A stretch of 64,000 bases of DNA from the human T2T-CHM13v2.0 reference genome, Homo sapiens: the NCBI RefSeq assembly GCF_009914755.1, contig NC_060939.1. The stretch is one strand, 5' to 3'. The notes beneath the pieces are model-generated. The model had not been told where the DNA came from, did no database searches, and saw only the letters and a program-made list of their open reading frames with translations. Within the stretch, counting starts at the first letter, position 1, and every line of letters begins with the position of its first letter. The translations under genes were made by a program, and so were the position numbers. Shown one piece after another: positions 30,401 to 41,322 of the stretch.

Positions 30401-31071
30401 GATTCTATTCCATTAGTCTCCATTCAATTCCATTAATCTCCATTCCATTCCATTCTACTCCAACTGATTCCATTCCATTCTATTCCTTTCCATTCCATTT
30501 CATTCCATTCCATTCCATTCGCTTCCATACCATTCCATTCGCTTCCATTCCATTCGTGTCCATTCCATTCCAGTCCATTCCATTTGTGTCCACTGCATTC
30601 CATTCCACTCCATTCCATATTACTCCATTACACTCCATTCCATTCTATTACTTTCATTTCCATTCAATTCCATTCCATTTGATTCCATTCCACTCGGTTT
30701 CATTCCATTTGAGTCCACTCCATTCCATTCCATTCCATTCCATTCCATTCCATTCAGTTCCATTCCATCCTGTTCCATTCCATTCCATTCCATTGCATTC
30801 CATTGCATTCGGTACCATTCCATATTGTTCCATTCGATTCCATTCGAATCTATTCAATTCCAGTCCATTCCATTCGATTCCATTCCATTCCTTTCAAGTC
30901 CATTCCATTCCATTCCATTCCATTCCACTTGATTCCACTCCATTCCCTTCCACTGCATTGCATTCGATTCCATTCCATTGCATTGCATTCCATTCCATTG
31001 GATTGCATTCCATTCGATTCCATTCCATTCGAATCAATTACATAGCAATCCATTACAATCGAGTCTATTCT

Positions 31072-31120
31072 ATTCCGTTCCATTCTATTTCGTTCCATTC
31101 GATTCCCTTCCATTGGACTC
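31072..31120 (+). other. Junction of the same ~499-bp deletion (second copy), marking the start of the HOR-type domain
   Basis: Same junction sequence at offset 6631. The landmark spacing is 3113, and HOR monomer-B variants begin directly downstream. Confidence 0.85.
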
Positions 31121-34100
31121 CTTTCCATTCGAGTGCATTCCATTCCGTTCCATTTCTTTCCGTTCTGTACAATTCCTACCGTTCGATTTCATTTTGTTCC
31201 AGTCCATTCCTTTCGCGTCCATTCCATTCCATTTCAGTCCATTCGATTCCATTCCATTCGATTCCATTCCACTCGATTCTACTTCGTTCCATTTCATTGC
31301 CTTCCATTCTATTCACCTCTATTGCCTTCCATTCCATTCCATTCGATTACATTCCATGCGATTCCATTCGAAATTGAATCAATTACATTGCTATCCATTA
31401 CTATTGAGTCCGTTTTGTTCCAGTCCACTGCATTCTGGTCCATTCCATTTGATTCCATTCCATTCTATTCCATTCCATACAGTTGCATTCCATTGGATTC
31501 CATACTATATCTATAAATTCAATTAGAGACCATTGCTTTTGAGTCCATTCTATATGATTCCATTCCATTCAAGTCCATTACATTTGGTTCAATTCCATTC
31601 CATTCCATTCCCTTCCATTCCATTCCATTTGATATCAATCCATTCGATTCCATTCCATTCGAGCACATTCCATTCAAGTCCATTCCATTCGATGCCATTC
31701 CATTTGATTCTATTCCATTAGTCTCCTTTCAATTCCATTAATCTCCATTCCATTCCATTCTACTCCAACTGATTCCATTCCATTCTATTCCTTTCCATTC
31801 CATTTCATTCCATTCCATTCCATTCGCTTCCATTCCATTCGTGTCCATTCCACTCCAGTCCATTCCATTCGTGTCCATTCCATTCCAGTCCATTCCATTT
31901 GTGTCCACTGCATTCCATTCCACTCCATTCCATTCTATTACTTTCATTTCCATTCAATTCCATTCCATTTGATTCCATTCCACTCGGTTTCATTCCATTT
32001 GAGTCAATTCCATTCCATTCCATTCCATTCCATTCCATTCCGTTCCATTCCTTTCAGTTCCATTCCATTCTGTTCCATTCCATTCCATTCCATTCCATTC
32101 CGTTCCATTCCATTCCATTCCATTCCATTCCATTCCATTCGGTAACATTCCATATTGTTCCATTCGATTCCATTTGAATCCATCCATTCCAGTCCATTCC
32201 ATTCGATTCCATTCCATTCCTTTCAATTCCATTCCATTCCATTCCATTCCACTTGATTCCACTCCATTCCCTTCCACTGTATTTCATTCGATTCCATTCC
32301 ATTGCATTGCATTCCATTCCTTTGGATTGCATTCCATTCGATTCCATTCCATTCGAATCAATTACATAGCAATCCATTACATTCGAGTCTATTCTATTCC
32401 GTTCCATTCGATTTCGTTCCAATCCATTCGATTCCATTCCATTCGATTCCATTCCATGCTATTGCATTCCATTCGATTAAATTATATTCGAATAAGTTCC
32501 ATTCAAGACCATTTCTTTTGAGTCCATTCTATTTGAGTCCATTCCCTTTGATTCCATAACATTTGAGTCCATTCAATTCCATTCCTTTCGTTTCCATTCC
32601 ATTTGATGCCATTCCATTCAATTCTGTTCTACTCGACTCCAATACATTCAATTCCATTCCATCCGATTCCATTACATTCTTTTCATTTCTTATCCATTTC
32701 AAGCCATTCCATTCCATTCCATTCCACTCGTTTCCTTTCCATTCGAGTCCATTCCTCTCCAGTCCATTCCGTTCAATCCATTCCATTCCAGTCCATTCCA
32801 TTCGAGTCCATTCCCTTCCAGTCCATTCCATTCGAGTCAATTCCATTCCATTCGATGTCTTTCCATAACGATCCATTCCATTCTATTCCTTTCGATTCCA
32901 TTCCATTCTATTTCATTCCATTCGATTCCCTTCCATTGGACTCCTTTCCATTCGAGTGCATTCCATTCCGTTCCGTTTCTTTCCGTTCTGTACGATTCCT
33001 ACCGTTCGATTTCATTTTGTTCCAGTCCATTCCTCTCGCGTCCATTCCATTCCATTTCACTCCATTCGATTCCATTCCACTCGATTCCACTTCGTTCCAT
33101 TTCATTGCATTCCGTTCTATTCAACTCTATTGCCTTCCATTCCATTCCATTCGATTACATTCCATGCGATTCCATTCGAAATCGAATCAATTACATTGCA
33201 ATCCATTACTATTGAGTCCGTTTTATTCCAGTCCACTGCATTCTGGTCCATTCCATTTGATTCCATTCCATTCTATTCCATTCCATACAGTTGCATTCCA
33301 TTGGATTCCATTCTATATCTATAAATTCAATTCGAGGCCATTACTTTTGAGTCCATTCTATATGATTCCATTCCATTCAAGTCTATTACATTTGGTACAA
33401 TTCCCTTCCATTCCATTCCCTTCCATTCCATTCCATTTGATATCAATCCATTCGATTCCATTCCATTCGAGCACATTCCATTCGAGTCCATTCCATTCGA
33501 TGCCATTCCATTTGATTCTATTCCATTAGTCTCCATTCAATTCCATTAATCTCCATTCCATTCCATTCTACTCCAACTGATTCCATTCCATTCTATTCCT
33601 TTCCATTCCATTTCATTCCATTCCATTCCATTCTATTCCATTCCATTCCATTTCATTCCATTCCATTCCATTCGCTTCCATTCCATTCGTGTCCATTCCA
33701 CTCCAGTCCATTCCATTCGTGTCCATTCCATTCCAGTCCATTCCATTTGTGTCCACTGCATTCCATTCCACTCCATTCCATATTATTCCATTACACTCCA
33801 TTCCATTCTATTACTTTCATTTCCATTCAATTCCATTCCATTTGATTCCATTCCACTCGGTTTCATTCCATTTGAGTCCATTCCATTCCATTCCATTCCA
33901 TTCCGTTCCATGCCATTCCATTCCGTTCCATTCCTTTCAGTTCCATTCCATTCTGTTCCATTCCATTCCATTCCATTCCATTCCATTCCATTCCATTCCA
34001 TTCGGTACCATTCCATATTGTTCCATTCGATTCCATTCGAATCCATTCCATTCCAGTCCATTCCATTCGATTCCATTCCATTCCTTTCAATTCCATTCCA

Positions 34101-34596
34101 TTCCATTCCATTCCACTTGATTCCACTCCATTCCCTTCCACTGCATTCCATTCGATTCCATTCCATTGCATTGCATTCTATTCCATTGGTTTGCATTCCA
34201 TTCGATTCCATTCCATTCGAATCAATTACATAGCAATCCATTACATTCGAGTCTATTCTATTCTGTTCCATTCGATTTCGTTCCAATCCATTCGATTCCA
34301 TTCCATTCGATTCCATTCCATACTATTGCATTCCATTCGATTAAATTATATTCGAATAAGTTCCATTCAAGACCATTTCTTTTGAGTCCATTCTATTTGA
34401 GTCCATTCCCTTTGATTCCATAACATTTGAGTCCATTCAATTCCATTCCTTTCGTTTCCATTCCATCTGATGCCATTCCATTCAATTCTGTTCTACTCGA
34501 CTCCAATACATTCAATTCCATTCCATCCGATTCCATTACATTCTTTTCATTTCTTATCCATTTCAAGCCATTCCATTCCTTTCCATTCCACTCGTT

Positions 34597-34619
34597 TCCT
34601 TTCCATTCGAGTCCATTCC
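34597..34619 (+). repeat. 23-bp direct repeat, left end of inserted block (TCCTTTCCATTCGAGTCCATTCC)
   Basis: Identical to 37581-37603. It occurs once at this position in uninterrupted monomers (e.g. ~1488-1510). Confidence 0.8.
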
Positions 34620-37580
34620 ACTCCACTCCATTCCATTCGAATACATTTCACTCCAGTCCATTCCATTCGAATTCATTTCACTCCAGTCCATTAAATTCGA
34701 GTACATTCCATTCCATTCTATTCAATGCCATTCCATTCGATTCTATTCCTTTTGACACCATTCCGTTCCATCCGATTCCATTCCATTGTATTCCATTCAA
34801 TTCCATTCCATTGCATTCCATTCCATTCCATTCGTTTCCATTTCATTCTAATTCATTCCGCTCAAGTGCATTCCATTCGAGTCCATTCCCTTCCAGTCCA
34901 TTCCAATAGAGTCCATTGCTTTCCATTCCATTCGATATCTTCCCATTACAGTCCATTCCATTCTATTCCTTTGGTTCCCATTCAATTCAATTCCATTTGA
35001 TTACATTTCATTTGATTACATTCCATTCGACTCCATTCCATTCGAGTCCATTCCATTCCAGTCCATTCCATTCGATTCCATTCCATTCGATTCCATTCCA
35101 CTCATTTCCACTCCGTTGCATTCCATTGCATTCCATTCTATTCCATTCCATTGCATTCCATTCCTTTCGATTCCATTCCATTCGAATCAATTACATTGCA
35201 ATGCATTACTTTCATGCCCTTTCTATTAAAGTCCAATGCATTATGGTCCATTCCATTCAATTCCATTCTATTCCATTCCATTCGAATCAATTACATTGCA
35301 ATCCATCACATTCAAGTACCTTCTGTTCCAGTCCATTCAATTCTGGTCTATTCCATTCAATTCCATTCCCTTTGTTTCCATTCCATTCTTGTACATTCCA
35401 TTGGATTCCATCTCATTGAAATAAGTTCTATTCGAGACCATTTCTTCGAGTCCAATCAATTTGAGTCCATTCCATTCGAGTCCATTACATCTGGGTCTAT
35501 TCCATTCCATCCCATTCCATTCGATGCCATTCAATTTGATTCTTTTCCTTTCGGCTCCATTCCTTTCCTTTCAGTTCCATCGGATTCCATTCCATTCTAT
35601 TCCTTTCCATTTCATTGCATTCCATTCCATTCCACTGGAGACCATTCCACTTCAGTGCATTCCATTCCAGTGTATTCCATTCCATTCCATTCCATTCCAT
35701 TCCATTCCATTCCATTCGATATCTTTCCATTACACTCCATTCCATTGTATTCCTTTACAGTCCATTCATTTCCATTCTATTCGATTCCATTCAATTCAAT
35801 TCCATTACATTCGACTCCATTTCATTCGAGTCCATTGCTATCCATTTCATTCCAATTCTTTCTGTTCTATTCCATTCCGTTCGATTCCATTTTGTTCCAG
35901 TCCATTCCATTCGAGTCCATTGCTTTCCAGTGCAATTCATTTGATTCCACTCCATTCGATTCCATTCCACTCAATTCCACTCCGTTCCATTCCTTTGCGT
36001 TCCTTTCTCTTCCATTCCATTGCATTCCATTCCATTCCATTCCATTTGTTTACATTCCATTGAATTCCAATCCAGTTGAATCAATTACATTGCAGTCCAT
36101 TACATTCGAGTCTGTTCTATCCCAGTTCATTCGATTCTGGTGCATTCCATTGGATTCCTTTCCATTCGATACCATTCCATACTATTGCATTCCATTCGAT
36201 TCCATTGTTTTCGAATAAATTCCAATCGAGACCATTCCTTTCGTGTCCATTCTATTTGACTCCATTCCATTTGAGTCCAATAAATTTGTGAACATTCCAT
36301 TCCTTTCCATTCCATTCCATTCCATTCCATTCGGTGCCATTCCATTCCACTCTATTCCATTCAAGTCCATTCTATTTGATTCCATTCCATTCCATTCGAT
36401 GCCATTACATTCAATTCTATTCCATTCGACTCCATTCAATTCCATTCTCTTCCAAACGATTCCATTCCATTCTATTACTTTCTATTCCAATCCATTCCAT
36501 TCCTTTCCATTCGTTTCCATTCCATTCGAGTCCACTCCACTCCAGTCCATTCCATTCCAGGCCATTCCATTCAAGTCCATTCCACTCCATTCCATTCCAT
36601 TCGATATCTTTCAATAACACCCCATTCCATTCTGTTCCTTACAAATCAATTCAATTCCATTCCATTTGATTCCATTAAATTCGATTACATTCCATTCGAC
36701 TCCATTCCATTCGACTCTATTCCATTCAAGTCCATTCCATTCCATTCCATTGCATTCCGTTCGAATCCCTATTCCATTGCATTTTGTTCCAGTCCATTCC
36801 ATTTGAGTCCATTCCATGCCAAATCATTCCACTTGATTCCATTCCAATCGATTCTATTGCACTCGAATCCAGTGCATTCCATTCCATTGCTTTCCATTCT
36901 ATTACATTCCATTGCATTACTTTGCATTCCATTTGATTACATTCCTTTCGATTGCATTAATTTCGAATCAATTACATTGCAATCCATTGCATTCGAGTTC
37001 AATTCCAGTCCATTCCAGTCCATTCAAATCAGGCCCATTCCGTTCCATTCCATTCCATTCGATTCCATTCCATTCGAATCGATTGCATTGCAATGCTTTA
37101 CATTCAAGTCTGTTTTATTCCAGTCCAATCCATTCCGGTCCATTCCGTTCGATTCCATTCCATTCGATGCCATTCCATACTATTGTATTTCATTCGATTC
37201 CATTCTATTCAAATAAATTCCACTCGAGACCATTCCTTTGAGTCCATTCTATTTGAGTCCATTCCATTCGAGTCCATTACATTTGGGTCCATTCCATTCA
37301 ATTCCAATGCAATCCATTCCATTCGATGTCACTCCATTCATTTTTATTCCATTAGAATCCATGTCATTCGAGTCCATTCCATTCTATTCCATTCCACTCC
37401 ATTCCATTCCATTCCACTCCATTCCATTCGTTGCCGTTCCATTCAATTCTATTATATTCCACTCCATTTAATTCCATTCCATTCCATTCCATTCTATCCA
37501 ATTCCGTTCCATTCTATTCCTTTAAATTCTTCCATTCCATTCCATTCGTTTCCATTCCATTCGAGTAAAGTCCACTCCAG

Positions 37581-37603
37581 TCCTTTCCATTCGAGTCCAT
37601 TCC
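37581..37603 (+). repeat. 23-bp direct repeat, right end of inserted block
   Basis: TCCTTTCCATTCGAGTCCATTCC followed by the host continuation TCTCCAGT.CATTCCGTTCAATCC. Confidence 0.8.
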
Positions 37604-40600
37604 TCTCCAGTGCATTCCGTTCAATCCATTCCATTCCAGTCCATTCCATTCGAGTCCGTTCCATTCCAGTCCATTCCATTCGAGTCAATTCCATTCAATT
37701 CGACATCTTTCCATAACGATCCATTCCATTATATTCCTTTCGATTCCATTCCATTCTATTTCATTCCATTCGATTCCCTTCCATTGGACTCCTTTCCATT
37801 CGAGTGCATTCCATTCCGTTCCATTTCTTTCCGTTCTGTACAATTCCTACCGTTCGATTTCATTTTGTTCCAGTCCATTCCTTTCGCGTCCATTCCATTC
37901 CATTTCACTCCATTCGATTCCATTCCATTCGATTCCATTCCACTCGATTCCACTTCGTTCCATTTCATTGCATTCCATTCTATTCACCTCTATTGCCTTC
38001 CATTCCATTCCATTCGATTACATTCCATGCGATTCCATTCGAAATTGAATCAATTACATTGCTATCCATTACTATTGAGTCCGTTTTATTCCAGTCCACT
38101 GCATTCTGGTCCATTCCATTTGATTCCATTCCATTCTATTCCATTCCATACAGTTGCATTCCATTGGATTCCATTCTATATCTATAAATTCAATTCGAGA
38201 CCATTGCTTTTGAGTCCATTCTATATGATTCCATTCCATTCAAGTCCATTACATTTGGTTCAATTCCATTCCATTCCATTCCCTTCCATTCCATTTCATT
38301 TGATATCAATCCATTCGATTCCATTCCATTCGAGCACATTCCATTCGAGTCCATTCCATTCGATGCCATTCCATTTGATTCTATTCCATTAGTCTCCTTT
38401 CAATTCCATTAATCTCCATTCCATTCCATTCTACTCCAACTGATTCCATTCCATTCTATTCCTTTCCATTCCATTTCATTCCATTCCATTCCATTTCATT
38501 CCATTCCATTCCATTCGCTTCCATTCCGTTCGTGTCCATTCCACTCCAGTCCATCCCATTCGTGTCCATTCCATTCCAGTCCATTCCATTTGTGTCCACT
38601 GCATTCCATTCCACTCCATTCCATATTAATCCATTACACTCCATTCCATTCTATTACTTTCATTTCCATTCAATTCCATTCCATTTGATTCCATTCCACT
38701 CGGTTTCATTCCATTTGAGTCCATTCCATTCCATTCCATTCCATTCCATTCCATTCCATTCCATTCCGTTCCATTCCTTTCAGTTCCATTCCATTCTGTT
38801 CCATTCCATTCCGTTCCATTCCATTCCATTCCATTCCCTTCCATTCCATTCCATTCCATTCCATTCCATTCCATTCCATTCCATTCGGTAACATTCCATA
38901 TTGTTCCATTCGATTCCATTTGAATCCACCCATTCCAGTCCATTCCATTCGATTCCATTCCATTCCTTTCAATTCCCTTCCATTCCATTCCATTCCACTT
39001 GATTCCACTCCATTCCCTTCCACTGCATTTCATTCGATTCCATTCCATTGCATTGCATTCCATTCCTTTGGATTGCATTCCATTCGATTCCATTCCATTC
39101 GAATCAATTACATAGCAATCCATTACATTCGAGTCTATTCTATTCCGTTCCATTCGATTTCGTTCCAATGCATTCGATTCCATTCCATTCGATTCCATTC
39201 CATGCTATTGCATTCCATTCGATTAAATTATATTCGAATAAGTTCCATTCAAGACCATTTCTTTTGAGTCCATTCTATTTGAGTCCATTCCCTTTGATTC
39301 CATAACATTTGAGTCCATTCAATTCCATTCCTTTCGTTTCCATTCCATTTGATGCCATTCCATTCAATTCTGTTCTACTCGACTCCAATACATTCAATTC
39401 CATTCCATCCGATTCCATTACATTCTTTTCATTTCTTATCCATTTCAAGCCATTCCATTCCATTCCATTCCACTCGTTTCCTTTCCATTCGAGTCCATTC
39501 CTCTCCAGTCCATTCCGTTCAATCCATCCCATTCCAGTCCATTCCATTCGAGTCCATTCCCTTCCAGTCCATTCCATTCGAGTCAATTCCATTCCATTCG
39601 ATGTCTTTCCATAACGATCCATTCCATTCTATTCCTTTCGATTCCATTCCATTCTATTTCATTCCATTCGATTCCCTTCCATTGGACTCCTTTCCATTCG
39701 AGTGCATTCCATTCCGTTCCGTTTCTTTCCGTTCTGTACGATTCCTACCGTTCGATTTCATTTTGTTCCAGTCCATTCCTCTCGCGTCCATTCCATTCCA
39801 TTTCACTCCATTCGATTCCATTCCACTCGATTCCACTTCGTTCCATTTCATTGCATTCCGTTCTACTCAACTCTATTGCCTTCCATTCCATTCCATTCGA
39901 TTACATTCCATGCGATTCCATTCGAAATCGAATCAATTACATTGCAATCCATTACTATTGAGTCCGTTTTATTCCAGTCCACTGCATTCTGGTCCATTCC
40001 ATTTGATTCCATTCCATTCTATTCCATTCCATACAGTTGCATTCCATTGGATTCCATTCTATATCTATAAATTCAATTCGAGGCCATTACTTTTGAGTCC
40101 ATTCTATATGATTCCATTCCATTCAAGTCTATTACATTTGGTACAATTCCCTTCCATTCCATTCCCTTCCATTCCATTCCATTTGATATCAATCCATTCG
40201 ATTCCATTCCATTCGAGCACATTCCATTCGAGTCCATTCCATTCGATGCCATTCCATTTGATTCTATTCCATTAGTCTCCATTCAATTCCATTAATCTCC
40301 ATTCCATTCCATTCTACTCCAACTGATTCAATTCCATTCTATTCCTTTCCATTCCATTTCATTCCATTCCATTCCATTCTATTCCATTCCATTCCATTTC
40401 ATTCCATTCCATTCCATTCGCTTCCATTCCATTCGTGTCCATTCCACTCCAGTCCATTCCATTCGTGTCCATTCCATTCCAGTCCATTCCATTTGTGTCC
40501 ACTGCATTCCATTCCACTCCATTCCATATTATTCCATTACACTCCATTCCATTCTATTACTTTCATTTCCATTCAATTCCATTCCAGTTGATTCCATTCC

Positions 40601-41322
40601 ACTCGGTTTCATTCCATTTGAGTCCATTCCATTCCATTCCATTCCATTCCGTTCCATTCCATTCCATTCCGTTCCATTCCTTTCAGTTCCATTCCATTCT
40701 GTTCCATTCCATTCCATTCCATTCCATTCGGTACCATTCCATATTGTTCCATTCGATTCCATTCGAATCCATTCCATTCCAGTCCATTCCATTCGATTCC
40801 ATTCCATTCCTTTCAATTCCATTCCATTCCATTCCATTCCACTTGATTCCACTCCATTCCCTTCCACTGCATTCCATTCGATTCCATTCCATTGCATTGC
40901 ATTCCATTCCATTGGATTGCATTCCATTCGATTCCATTCCATTCGAATCAATTACATAGCAATCCATTACATTCGAGTCTATTCTATTCTGTTCCATTCG
41001 ATTTCGTTCCAATCCATTCTATTCCACTCCATTCGATTCCATTCCATACTATTGCATTCCATTCGATTAAATTATATTCGAATAAGTTCCATTCAAGACC
41101 ATTTCTTTTGAGTCCATTCTATTTGAGTCCATTCCCTTTGATTCCATAACATTTGAGTCCATTCAATTCCATTCCTTTCGTTTCCATTCCATCTGATGCC
41201 ATTCCATTCAATTCTGTTCTACTCGACTCCAATACATTCAATTCCATTCCATCCGATTCCATTACATTCTTTTCATTTCTTATCCATTTCAAGCCATTCC
41301 ATTCCTTTCCATTCCACTCGTT

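Larger units (their letters stand above)
1..31090 (+). repeat. Tandem ~1.8-kb HSat3 monomer domain (D15Z1-like 1.8-kb KpnI repeat)
   Basis: The landmark CCATAACATTTGAGTCC (or a close variant) recurs at ~1318, 3086, 4860, 6649, 8442, 10225, 12019, 13803, 15597, 17531, ~21005, 22789, 25863, 27656 and 29450; regular spacings are 1768-1794. GGTACC occurs at 890, 6221, 9802, 11601, 13385, 15174, 17108, 19307, 20577, 22371, 24180, 25475, 27243, 29037 and 30811. The periodicity is seen directly. The chr15/D15Z1 identity is inferred from the known 1.8-kb KpnI Sat3 family. Confidence 0.85.
34597..37603 (+). repeat. Divergent HSat3 block, copy 1 (2984 bp plus duplicated 23-bp end)
   Basis: Contains motifs not seen in 1-34.5 kb (e.g. 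CATCTGGGTCT, ACTGGAGACC, AATTTGTGAAC, AATAACACCCC, ATCAGGCCC, GAGTAAAGTCC; EcoRI sites at 34669 and 36062). The host monomer resumes exactly where it was interrupted. Confidence 0.9.

Noticed and set aside
34597-37603. Inserted block as a transposon or retrocopy
   Set aside because: It is entirely CATTC-derived, with no terminal inverted repeats, LTRs, poly(A) tail or coding capacity. Only the direct repeat is TSD-like.
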